NCBI RefSeq assembly: GCF_045863935.1
Contig: NZ_BTVP01000007.1
Coordinates: 38,161-102,160, forward strand
Length of the DNA stretch: 64,000 nt
DNA from: Parvibaculum sp.
GTDB lineage: Bacteria > Pseudomonadota > Alphaproteobacteria > Parvibaculales > Parvibaculaceae
Direction of reading: 5' to 3'
Shown here piece by piece: positions 8,911-17,759 of this stretch. Made by a program: the position numbers and the translations under genes. Under the pieces are notes generated by a model. The model saw only the letters and a list, made by a program, of their open reading frames with translations. It searched no databases and was not told the DNA's origin. Numbering within the stretch: position 1 is the first letter of the stretch; each line of letters starts with the position of its first letter.

Positions 8911-11841
8911 ATGGACGATCTTCTCAAGGATTTTCTCGCTGAGACCTGCGAGGCGCTTGATGTGCTGGACAGCGAAATCGTCGAGCTGGAGCAGCGGCCC
9001 GGCGATCCCGCGCTTCTCGGCAGCATCTTCCGCGTCATGCACACCATCAAAGGCACATGCGGCTTCCTGGGGCTTCCCCGGCTTGAAGCCGTGGCGCACG
9101 CGGCGGAGGACGTGCTTGGCCGCGTCCGCGACGGCGAACTTGCGGTCTCTCACGACGTGATATCGCAGGTGCTGGTGGCGCTCGACCGCATCAAGGAACT
9201 CGTCGCCTCTCTCAGCAAGACGGGCAGCGAGCCCGCGGGCGAGGATCGCGAGGTCATCGACGCGTTGAGACGCATCGCGAGCGGCGAGGCAAACGCTCCG
9301 GCCAGCACCCCCACCCCCGAAAAGAAGGGAACGATGTTCGAGCGTGCCGGCACGGCATCGGGCATCGACACCGCCTGCGAACTTGCCTGCGCGGGCTTCG
9401 CGGCGAAGTCCGCCGAAGGAGCCGCGCTGGAACCTGAACTTCTGAAGCTGCAATTCGCGCTTACCAAGGGCTTCGAGGTGGCGCTCCAGAAGACACCGGG
9501 GATCGATGTTGCGGACGTACTGACCTGCCTTGCCGACAATGGCTGGACCGACGAAGACATCTCCCTCCTCGAAGCGGAAATCGGGCAGGGCTTCCGGTCC
9601 CTCGGCGTGGAGGAAGAGGACGTTGCCGCGTTGCTCGCGCTGCTCCATCGCGGCGCGCAGGATGCTCCTCAGGCCGCGCCAGCGCTGCAGGCGGAGAAAG
9701 AGCCCGTGGCAGCGGCACCGGCTGCAACAAGTCCCAGTGCCGAGAAGCACGATGCGGCGGCACAGGGACAGACGCAGACCTTGCGGGTCAACATCAATGT
9801 TCTCGAAGACCTGATGACGCTGGTGAGCGAACTCGTACTGACGCGCAACCAGCTCCTCCAGATCATGCGCAGCCATGGCGACAGCCCCTTTGCGGCGCCG
9901 TTGCAGCGGCTGAACCAGGTAACGACCGAGCTGCAGGAAAGCGTGATGATGACGCGCATGCAGCCGATCGGGAACGCCTGGGGCAAGCTGCCCCGCCTGG
10001 TGCGCGATCTCTCGCAGGAAGTCGGCAAGAAGATCGAGCTTGCGATGACGGGTGCCGATACGGAACTCGACCGGCAGGTTCTGGAGTCGATCCGCGATCC
10101 GCTCACGCATATGGTCCGGAACTCCGCCGATCACGGAATCGAGATGGCAGCCGACCGGCTCGCCGCGGGGAAACCCGAGCATGGCACGATCGAACTTTCG
10201 GCCCGGCATGAAGGCGGGCACATCGTTGTCGTGGTTGCCGACGATGGACGAGGCCTGCCGACCGCGCGGATCAGAGAGAAAGTGCTGACAAACGGGCTCG
10301 CGACGGAGGCCCAGCTCGAGGGCATGAGCGAACAGCAGATTCAGCAGTTCATTTTCAGGCCCGGATTTTCGACGGCGGCCGCCGTGACCAGCGTATCGGG
10401 CCGCGGCGTGGGCATGGACGTCGTTCGGAACAACATCGAGAAGATTGGCGGGATCATCGAGTTTCAGTCGACAGAAGGTGTCGGCTCCCGCTTCACCATC
10501 AAGATTCCGCTGACGCTCGCAATCGTCTCGGCGCTCATCGTCGAATGCGAGGGTGAGCGCTTTGCCCTGCCGCAGAACAGCGTTGTGGAACTGGTCCGGA
10601 TCAATCGCGCCGCGAGCAAAGGGCTCGAGAACATCAATGGACACCCCGTTTACCGCTTGCGCGACCGGTTGCTGCCGCTCGTCTCGCTGAGCGAGATCCT
10701 CGGATTGCCCGAGCCGGAGATCAAATCTCCCATAGACGCGGGCGAGGCCGACAGCATGTATGTTGTCGTGTCGCAGGTGGGCGCCTTCGTCTTCGGCATC
10801 ATTGTCGACAAGGTTTTCGACACCGAGGAAATCGTCGTCAAGCCGGTTTCGCGCTGCATGCGTCACATCTCGTGCTTCTCGGGCACGACAATTCTCGGGG
10901 ACGGGCGTGTGATCATGATTCTCGATCCCAACGGCCTTGCCTCGGCGGTCTCCGCGTCGCCGCATGCCGAAGCGGCCGCCCTCGCCGGCAGTGCCGGACG
11001 CGGCTCGCGCAGGGATGAGGCCGTTTCGATGCTGGTCTTCGAAGCGCGCGACGGCGGCCCGAAGGCCGTGCCGCTGTCTCTCGTCGCACGCCTTGAAGAA
11101 ACGGATCTCGCAACCGCCGAGAAGGCGGGTTCGCTCACCGTGCTGCAATATCGCGGCGGTCTGATGCCGCTCATCGACCTCGACGGCAACCCGGCGGAAC
11201 GCAAAGGCAAGCGGCCGATCCTCGTGTTTGTCGATGGGCAACGCATGCTCGGTCTCGTGGTCGACAGAGTGGTCGATATCGTGGATGCGCCGCTCGACCT
11301 GCAGCTCTCGGGCGGCGGACGGCCCGGCACTCTCGGCAGCGCGATCATCGCGGGGGCCGCAACCGACATCGTCGATACGGTTCACTATCTGCGCCAGAGC
11401 GACACCAACTGGTTCGAGGTCAAGACCGAGAGCCCCTTCGGGGCGGATAGCGAACGAAACGTGCTGCTCGTCGAAGACAGTGCCTTCTTCCGCAATCTCC
11501 TCATCCCCATGCTCACGGTCGCCGGCTACTCGGTGACTGTCGCGGAGCACGCGGAGGCCGCCATTTCGCTCTGCAAGGAAGGAGGCAACTTCGACGTCAT
11601 CGTTTCCGATATCGAGATGCCAGGCCTTTCCGGGTTCGACCTCGTGCGCCAGCTCCGTGCCGACGAGAGGATGAGCGCCGTGCCCATCGTCGCTCTCTCC
11701 TCCCACGCCAACCCGAAAGACATTGCACGCGGAAGGGAGGCTGGCTTCACCGACTATGTGACGAAGCTCGACCCCACGGCGCTGCTAAACGTTCTCTCTC
11801 GCGCGCACACCGAAGAGAATCGCAAGGAGGACGCAGCATGA
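8911..11841 (+). CDS. cheA: Chemotaxis histidine kinase CheA with C-terminal receiver domain (CheA-REC hybrid)
   Basis: HPt motif FRVMHTIKGTCGFLGL, HATPase region (DPLTHMVRNSADHGIE, GRGVGMDVV), a CheW-like domain, and a C-terminal REC (LLVEDSAFFRNLL ... VSDIEMPGLSGF). Confidence 0.92.
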   Translation: MDDLLKDFLAETCEALDVLDSEIVELEQRPGDPALLGSIFRVMHTIKGTCGFLGLPRLEAVAHAAEDVLGRVRDGELAVSHDVISQVLVALDRIKELVASLSKTGSEPAGEDREVIDALRRIASGEANAPASTPTPEKKGTMFERAGTASGIDTACELACAGFAAKSAEGAALEPELLKLQFALTKGFEVALQKTPGIDVADVLTCLADNGWTDEDISLLEAEIGQGFRSLGVEEEDVAALLALLHRGAQDAPQAAPALQAEKEPVAAAPAATSPSAEKHDAAAQGQTQTLRVNINVLEDLMTLVSELVLTRNQLLQIMRSHGDSPFAAPLQRLNQVTTELQESVMMTRMQPIGNAWGKLPRLVRDLSQEVGKKIELAMTGADTELDRQVLESIRDPLTHMVRNSADHGIEMAADRLAAGKPEHGTIELSARHEGGHIVVVVADDGRGLPTARIREKVLTNGLATEAQLEGMSEQQIQQFIFRPGFSTAAAVTSVSGRGVGMDVVRNNIEKIGGIIEFQSTEGVGSRFTIKIPLTLAIVSALIVECEGERFALPQNSVVELVRINRAASKGLENINGHPVYRLRDRLLPLVSLSEILGLPEPEIKSPIDAGEADSMYVVVSQVGAFVFGIIVDKVFDTEEIVVKPVSRCMRHISCFSGTTILGDGRVIMILDPNGLASAVSASPHAEAAALAGSAGRGSRRDEAVSMLVFEARDGGPKAVPLSLVARLEETDLATAEKAGSLTVLQYRGGLMPLIDLDGNPAERKGKRPILVFVDGQRMLGLVVDRVVDIVDAPLDLQLSGGGRPGTLGSAIIAGAATDIVDTVHYLRQSDTNWFEVKTESPFGADSERNVLLVEDSAFFRNLLIPMLTVAGYSVTVAEHAEAAISLCKEGGNFDVIVSDIEMPGLSGFDLVRQLRADERMSAVPIVALSSHANPKDIARGREAGFTDYVTKLDPTALLNVLSRAHTEENRKEDAA

Positions 11842-12332
11842 ACACCGCTCTTCACAGGACAGCATCGACCGGCGCCGTGGAAGCGACGACCGAGGATTAT
11901 GTGACGATGATTATCGGCGGCCAGAGTTTCGGCATTCCTGTGCTGAACGTCCGAGACGTACTCAGCCCGCAGATCATCACCCGTATTCCGCTGGCTGCGC
12001 CGGAGATCGCCGGATCTCTCAATCTTCGGGGCCGGATCGTAACGGCAATCAATATGCGAACCCGCCTCGGGCTGCCCTCGGAGGGCTTCGTTGAACGGGC
12101 CATGGCTGTCGTTGTCGAACATGACGACGAGCCATTCAGCCTCCTGGTCGACGAGGTCGGCGAGGTCTTGAGCGTCCCACTGCGACGACGCGAGAGCGTA
12201 CCTGCCACGCTTGATGAGCGCTGGCGCGAGGTTTCCCAGGGAATCTATCGCCTTGATGACCGGCTGCTGCTGGTCTTGAGCGTCACAAGCGTGCTCGGAG
12301 CGATTTGCACCGCGCCAGTGCATTTAGCGTAA
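11838..12332 (+). CDS. cheW: Chemotaxis coupling protein CheW
   Basis: 164 aa with ATGA overlap onto the cheA stop. CheW-like fold motifs are present (FGIPVLNVRDV, GSLNLRGRIVTAI). Confidence 0.88.
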   Translation: MNTALHRTASTGAVEATTEDYVTMIIGGQSFGIPVLNVRDVLSPQIITRIPLAAPEIAGSLNLRGRIVTAINMRTRLGLPSEGFVERAMAVVVEHDDEPFSLLVDEVGEVLSVPLRRRESVPATLDERWREVSQGIYRLDDRLLLVLSVTSVLGAICTAPVHLA

Positions 12333-12345
12333 CGGAGGAACAACA

Positions 12346-12732
12346 ATGGCCGTCGACATGAAAATGCCGATCCTGATCGTGGACGACTACAAGACGATGC
12401 TACGGATCGTGAGGAACCTGCTGAGCAAGCTCGGTTTCTCCGACATAGACGAGGCAACCGACGGGACGGACGCGCTGGAGAAGCTCAAGGGCCGCCGCTA
12501 CGGGCTCATCATCTCGGACTGGAACATGCAGCCGATGACGGGCTACGAACTGCTCCAGAAGGTGCGTGCCAACGACAGCACAAAGTCGTTGCCGTTCGTG
12601 ATGGTGACCGCGGAATCGAAAGTCGAGAACGTCATCGCAGCGCGCAAGGCCGGCGTCAACAACTACATCATCAAGCCGTTCAGCGCTGAAGTTCTGAAGG
12701 CGAAGCTCAAGACGGTGCTGGGGGATTTCTGA
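12346..12732 (+). CDS. cheY: Chemotaxis response regulator CheY
   Basis: 128-aa single REC domain (ILIVDDYKTM, LIISDWNMQPMTG, IIKPF). Confidence 0.9.
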   Translation: MAVDMKMPILIVDDYKTMLRIVRNLLSKLGFSDIDEATDGTDALEKLKGRRYGLIISDWNMQPMTGYELLQKVRANDSTKSLPFVMVTAESKVENVIAARKAGVNNYIIKPFSAEVLKAKLKTVLGDF

Positions 12733-13247
12733 TGGCGGGCAAAGGGAAACTCGATCTGGTCGAGCGCCTGACCAACGAATGCATCGATGTGTGCCAGGCG
12801 GTACTTCGCGGGCGGAAGTACCTTGCGCCGCTTCTCGATCCCTCCTTTCGCGCGCACAAGCTGCAGCGCGCTCTCAACGAGCAAAAAGCCGCTGTCGGCG
12901 AAATGGAGATGGCGGTCGACCGCATCATGACGGCAGTGGAGAAGATGTCCGAGATCGATTTCGCCGACAGCGGCGATGCCGCACGGCGCGTGGCCGAATG
13001 TTGCGACGAGATTGTGGAAGCCTGCTGCTTCCAGGACATAACCGGCCAACGCATGTCTCAGGTGAATGAGGCACTGAGTGCCATTGAGGACACACTTACC
13101 TTTCTGTCGGACGGCCCCGCCGAAGCCGCTCGTCCGGAGGACCAGACACTGCTTAACGGTCCAGCGCTGCCCGGCGGCGGCATGGAGCAGGATGCCGTGG
13201 ACAGAATTCTCGCGGACGACAAGGGAAAGCAAGAAGCACAGGGATGA
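12732..13247 (+). CDS. CheZ-like CheY-P phosphatase (short form)
   Basis: 171 aa sitting between cheY and cheB. It contains FQDITGQRMSQV, which matches the catalytic D..Q motif region of CheZ (E. coli QDFQDLTGQ). Confidence 0.55.
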   Translation: MAGKGKLDLVERLTNECIDVCQAVLRGRKYLAPLLDPSFRAHKLQRALNEQKAAVGEMEMAVDRIMTAVEKMSEIDFADSGDAARRVAECCDEIVEACCFQDITGQRMSQVNEALSAIEDTLTFLSDGPAEAARPEDQTLLNGPALPGGGMEQDAVDRILADDKGKQEAQG

Positions 13248-14374
13248 GTAAAGATTCAGTCGTAAGTCGCAGCTTGAAGCCGCAGCATCCATGCCGGGTG
13301 ATGGTCGTGGACGATTCCGCCGTTGCCCGGGGGATCGTTACCAGAACGTTACAGGAGGAGACAGGCATCAAAGTCGTTGCCTCAGTATCCAACGGCCTGA
13401 TGGCGCTGAAGGCGATCGAAAAACAGGAAATCGATATCGTCATTCTCGATATCGAAATGCCGGAACTCGACGGGCTCGCAGCGCTTCCCCGCTTGCTGGA
13501 AATGCAGCCGGATCTGAAAGTGATCATGGTTTCGTCTGCCAGCCAGCGCGACGCCGACATATCGCTAAAGACGATGGCCATGGGCGCCGCAGATTATGTC
13601 GCGAAGCCGAAGGCGGGACTCGGTGGCGCAGACAGTTTTCGCACCGAACTCCTGAGCAAGGTCAGGGCGCATAGCGCTTGCGTCTCGGAAGCGCCGAGGA
13701 AGAAGTCCGAGACAGCGCAACCTCGACTGGAGGCGAAGGTTCCAGTCAAATCGCCTGCAACAATCACACGAGCCGCGCGCAAGCTCTCCCGCCCCGCCGC
13801 GATCGCCATTGGCTCCTCGACCGGCGGCCCGCAGGCGCTTGCGGAAGTGCTCAAGGACATCGACCCCGTCCTCAGACAGCCCATTCTCGTGACACAGCAC
13901 ATGCCCGCAACTTTCACGGCGCTCCTCGCCGAGCATATGACGCGCTACTCAGGCCGCCTTGCGGCCGAGGCGCGGGACGGCGAGCCGCTTGAGGAAGGGC
14001 GTATCTACATTGCACCGGGCGGCAAGCACATGCTGGTGGAACCGCGAGCGGCCGGCGGCGTAATCCTCCGCCTCGACGACGGACCGCCCGAGAATTCGTG
14101 CAAGCCTGCCGTCGATCCCATGCTCCGAAGCCTCGCCCGGCATTTCAAGGAACGGCTGCTTGCCGTGATCCTGACGGGAATGGGAAGTGACGGATTGAAG
14201 GGAGGGCAAGTCGTACTCGAAGAAGGCGGACGCGTGCTTGCACAGGACCGCGAGAGCAGTGTCGTTTGGGGGATGCCGGGCGCTGTGGCGCAGGCAGGCA
14301 TCTGCGAAGAAATCCTGCCCCTGCGGCAGATAGGACCGGCGATCTTGCGGATCGCCACGGGAGAAGGAAAATGA
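13244..14374 (+). CDS. cheB: Chemotaxis methylesterase/deamidase CheB
   Basis: N-terminal REC (VMVVDDSAVARG, ILDIEMPELDG) followed by a methylesterase domain (AIGSSTGGPQAL, HMPATFT, GMGSDG). Confidence 0.9.
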   Translation: MSKDSVVSRSLKPQHPCRVMVVDDSAVARGIVTRTLQEETGIKVVASVSNGLMALKAIEKQEIDIVILDIEMPELDGLAALPRLLEMQPDLKVIMVSSASQRDADISLKTMAMGAADYVAKPKAGLGGADSFRTELLSKVRAHSACVSEAPRKKSETAQPRLEAKVPVKSPATITRAARKLSRPAAIAIGSSTGGPQALAEVLKDIDPVLRQPILVTQHMPATFTALLAEHMTRYSGRLAAEARDGEPLEEGRIYIAPGGKHMLVEPRAAGGVILRLDDGPPENSCKPAVDPMLRSLARHFKERLLAVILTGMGSDGLKGGQVVLEEGGRVLAQDRESSVVWGMPGAVAQAGICEEILPLRQIGPAILRIATGEGK

Positions 14375-15189
14375 ACAATCTCGAATTCGACTATCTGAAG
14401 CAGGTTCTCTACGAACGGTCCGGCCTCGTCGTCACGCCGGAGAAGGGATACCTCATAGAGAGCCGCCTTGCGCCGCTTGCCCGGCACAGCGGGCTGGATA
14501 GCGTCGGTCTATTCATCGAAAAAGCGCGGCGGACGCGCGACGAGGTGATGCTGAAGCAGATCGTCGACGCGATGACAACCAATGAAACGCTCTTCTTCCG
14601 CGATGCCTGGCCTTTCGAGCGCCTGCGCAAGAGCCTTCTGCCCGACGTCATGGCGATGGCGAAAACGTCGCGCCGGATCAAGATATGGAGTGCGGCATGC
14701 TCGAGCGGACAGGAGCCCTATTCTCTTGCCATGACGATGGCTGAAATGGGTACCGCGCTGGCCGGGTGGACAATCGAAATCCTCGCCACTGACATCTCGG
14801 AGGCCATGCTTGCCAGGGCGCAGGAGGGCCGCTACTCGCTCTTTGAGGTTTCGCGCGGGCTTCCCGATTCCATGCTGGAAAAGTACTTCAAGCCTGACGG
14901 TAACGGATTCCGGGTGAAGGACAGCCTGAGAGAGATGATCGAGTTCCGGCACTACAACCTGCTGGAGGAACCTTCCACAAGCGGAATCGGCCCCGTCGAC
15001 ATCATCTTCTGCCGCAACGTTCTCATCTACTTCGACGAGGCGACGCGGAAGCGCGTCTTCACGGGGCTCGCCAAAGTCCTGCGCCCGTGGGGCTATCTTT
15101 GCCTCGGCGGTGCAGAAACGGTGGTGGGCATTTCCGATGCGTTTCGCGTTCTTCCGGGGGAGCGAGGCCTTTTCGGCCTCGCCAAATAG
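14371..15189 (+). CDS. cheR: Chemotaxis methyltransferase CheR
   Basis: The start MNNLEFDYLK overlaps the cheB stop (ATGA). SAM-binding motif IWSAACSSGQEPYSLAM is present. The longer tracked ORF from 14266 overlaps cheB and was not used. Confidence 0.9.
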   Translation: MNNLEFDYLKQVLYERSGLVVTPEKGYLIESRLAPLARHSGLDSVGLFIEKARRTRDEVMLKQIVDAMTTNETLFFRDAWPFERLRKSLLPDVMAMAKTSRRIKIWSAACSSGQEPYSLAMTMAEMGTALAGWTIEILATDISEAMLARAQEGRYSLFEVSRGLPDSMLEKYFKPDGNGFRVKDSLREMIEFRHYNLLEEPSTSGIGPVDIIFCRNVLIYFDEATRKRVFTGLAKVLRPWGYLCLGGAETVVGISDAFRVLPGERGLFGLAK

Positions 15190-15339
15190 ATGCCAGAGCG
15201 CGGCGCCATGCGCGGCAGATCGTCCCCCGGTCAACCGGTGGAATATTCCGCGTTGCGCCAGCTTTCAAAGGCCGCTTTATTGCAGAGACCCGCTCCCGGT
15301 ATCCGCAGCTTGGCCGGAAAGGACGCGGCGGAGAATCCA

Positions 15340-15693
15340 TTGTCCAGAACGCTTTATCAAATTGGCGGATTTCTCGCGCTCGGACTGGGCGGGGTCGGCA
15401 TCGTGCTTCCGCTTCTGCCAACGGTCCCCTTTCTCATCCTGGCTGCCTATTGTTTTGCCCGCAGCGACGAGACGCTCGAGCGGTGGCTTGTCGAGCATCC
15501 GACTTTCGGCAGTCACATCCGATCGTGGCGCGAACGGGGGGCCATCTCCCGAAAGGGAAAGCGCGCGGCCCTGGCCGCCTTCGCCGCAAGCGCCCTCATC
15601 GCGCTGCTTTTCGTATCCCTGCCCTATTCTCTGATGCCACTGGCGGCCGCACTTATCGGCGGGACATGGATATGGACACGTCCCGACGCGTAA
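15340..15693 (+). CDS. DUF454/YbaN family inner-membrane protein
   Basis: Motif GVGIVLPLLPTVPFLILAAYCFARS ... W with two hydrophobic spans. The maximal ORF starts at 15190. The TTG at 15340 preceded by GGAG fits the family length better, but the start is uncertain. Confidence 0.6.
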   Translation: MSRTLYQIGGFLALGLGGVGIVLPLLPTVPFLILAAYCFARSDETLERWLVEHPTFGSHIRSWRERGAISRKGKRAALAAFAASALIALLFVSLPYSLMPLAAALIGGTWIWTRPDA

Positions 15694-15720
15694 ACCCGAA
15701 CTTCCACGCCGCGCGTAGCA

Positions 15721-15753
15721 AAAAAAGGCCGCCTCCCGTTCCGGGAGACGGCC
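15721..15753 (-). terminator. Intrinsic terminator downstream of the aldehyde dehydrogenase gene
   Basis: Hairpin GGCCGCCTCCC-gttcc-GGGAGACGGCC with one mismatch. It is preceded on the plus strand by A6, which is a T-run on the minus strand. Confidence 0.5.
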
Positions 15754-15778
15754 TCCAGTTTAGCAATGAACGCGACGA

Positions 15779-17182
15779 TTATTTCGCCATATTGATGATC
15801 TTGAGTTGCGTGAACTCGGCGAGACCTTCCTCGCCAAGTTCGGTGCCGAGGCCGGAGAAGCGCGCGCCGCCGAAGGGGATGTTCGGCGCGAGATCGGCAT
15901 GCTTGTTGACCCAGACCGTGCCGGATTCAAGCTTTGTCGCAAGGTCGTAGGCCTTCTGCGGATCGGACGACCAGATGGAACCGCCAAGACCGTAAGGCGA
16001 GGCATTGGCGCGGGCGACGGCATCTTCCGGGTCGGAATACTTGATGACCGGGAGAACGGGACCGAACTGCTCTTCGTCGACGAGGCGCGTGCCATCCGTT
16101 ATGTCGCGAACGATGGTCGGCCGGATGAAATAACCAGTCTGTTCCGGCGTATCGCCACCGGCGATGACCTTTCCCGTCTTCTTTGCGTCGTCGATAAGCT
16201 CCTTCACTTTTTCGAACTGCATCTTGTTCTGGAGCGGCCCAAGCTGCGTGCCCTGCTTCAGGCCGTCGCCGACGATTGTGTTGTTCGCGATGTTCGCGAG
16301 CTCATCGCACATTTCGTCGTAGATCGACTCATGCACATAAAGCCGCTTCATGGCGATGCAGACCTGGCCCGAATTCTGGAACGCGCTCTGGAAGAGTTGC
16401 GGCGCGGTCTCTTTCGGGTTGACGTCGCCGAGAACGATGCCCGCATCATTGCCGCCGAGTTCAAGCGTGATGCGTTTCAGAAGACCGGCGGCACCGGCCA
16501 TGACCTTCTGACCGGTCGCAGTCGAACCGGTGAAAGAAATCTTGCGAACGTCGGGATGCGCCGTAAGCGCCGCCCCGAGGTCGTTCTCGTCGGCAATGAC
16601 ATTCACAACACCTGCGGGCAGGATGTCTTTTATGAGCTCGCCGAGCTTCAGCGACGTGAGCGGCGTCGTCGGTGCAGGCTTCAGCACCACCGTGTTTCCC
16701 GCGAGCAGAGCCGGCGGCAGTTTGAACGCCATGAGAATCATCGGGAAATTCCAGGGAACGATCGCCCCGATGACACCAAGGGGGCGGCGATGCGCCTCGA
16801 CCTTCTTGCCTTCGCTGTCCTCGATGATCTTTACCGGCAGGTCGAGCATAGTGAAGTAACGGAAGAAAGCGGCCGTGCCGTAGACTTCTCCCGTCGCATC
16901 GCCGATCGGCTTTCCCTGCTCCTGGGTCAGAAGACGCGCGAGATCCTGAGCATTGGCCTCAATGACATCGGCGATCGCACTGAGCGCCTTCTTGCGCTCG
17001 GCAATCGGTGTCGCGCTCCAGGCGGGAAAGGCGGCTTTCGCCGCTGCGACCGCTTCATTCAACTGCGTTTCGGAGGCGCGGGGGCAGGAAGCGACGGGCT
17101 CCTCCGTCGCCGGGTTGAGAACGTCGGAGACCCTTGCTCCGGCGACGAGCTTGCCATTGATGAGGAGTTTGTATTCGCTCAT
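15779..17182 (-). CDS. NAD(P)-dependent aldehyde dehydrogenase
   Basis: 467 aa with FTGSTATGQKVM, ELGGNDAGIV and the catalytic-Cys region NSGQVCIAMKRLYV. Confidence 0.9.
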   Translation of the reverse strand: MSEYKLLINGKLVAGARVSDVLNPATEEPVASCPRASETQLNEAVAAAKAAFPAWSATPIAERKKALSAIADVIEANAQDLARLLTQEQGKPIGDATGEVYGTAAFFRYFTMLDLPVKIIEDSEGKKVEAHRRPLGVIGAIVPWNFPMILMAFKLPPALLAGNTVVLKPAPTTPLTSLKLGELIKDILPAGVVNVIADENDLGAALTAHPDVRKISFTGSTATGQKVMAGAAGLLKRITLELGGNDAGIVLGDVNPKETAPQLFQSAFQNSGQVCIAMKRLYVHESIYDEMCDELANIANNTIVGDGLKQGTQLGPLQNKMQFEKVKELIDDAKKTGKVIAGGDTPEQTGYFIRPTIVRDITDGTRLVDEEQFGPVLPVIKYSDPEDAVARANASPYGLGGSIWSSDPQKAYDLATKLESGTVWVNKHADLAPNIPFGGARFSGLGTELGEEGLAEFTQLKIINMAK

Positions 17183-17283
17183 CCCTTGTTTCTCCCTGTG
17201 AGCTCCGTTGGCCGGAGCATTTCATAAATCACACCGGACGCAGTCTAACCTCACCCGGCAAGCTTGGCGATTCCGTGCCGGCT

Positions 17284-17697
17284 TCAGTGTGTGCCGGTCC
17301 GAAGCGCCTGCTCCTCGCGGTGCGGATGCGAGGCGAAGATCGTGTGGCTGTCAAATTGCCGGCAGGCGTCCTCCAGACGTTCGATCTGGTGATCTACCTG
17401 GGCGCGCTGCTCCTTTGCGGCGGCCAGACGCTTCTTGAAGAAGGACACTGCCAGGCGGTTCTGCTCCTCGATGTCCTTGCCGTTCCGGTAGAGATCGAGA
17501 ATTTGACGAATTTCGTAGAGCGTCAAACCGACGTCACGCCCGCGAAGAATGAGTTGAAGGCGAGCGCGGTCGCGCTTCGAATAGAGCCGCGTCTGCCCCT
17601 TCCGCTCAGGTTCGATCAGGCCCTTTTCCTCATAAAAACGCAGCGTGCGATGCGTGATGCCGAATTCATTGGCCAAGTCGGTGATCGTGTAAGTCAT
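17284..17697 (-). CDS. MerR family transcriptional regulator
   Basis: HTH MTYTITDLANEFGITHRTLRFYEEKGLI followed by a coiled-coil. The ATG at 17697 is chosen because the longer ORF prefix is Arg-rich and overlaps the thiolase 3' end. Confidence 0.8.
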   Translation of the reverse strand: MTYTITDLANEFGITHRTLRFYEEKGLIEPERKGQTRLYSKRDRARLQLILRGRDVGLTLYEIRQILDLYRNGKDIEEQNRLAVSFFKKRLAAAKEQRAQVDHQIERLEDACRQFDSHTIFASHPHREEQALRTGTH

Positions 17698-17759
17698 TTC
17701 AGAAGAAACCTCCGAAAAGTGAGCGGAGGCCGTGGCGCACCGCGGCCTCCGGTTCCCGG

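Noticed and set aside
8902-11706. 934-aa ORF antisense to cheA
   Set aside because: It is a mirror-frame shadow ORF typical of high-GC DNA. It is Arg/Gly/Ala/His-rich with no motifs, while the plus strand encodes an unmistakable CheA.
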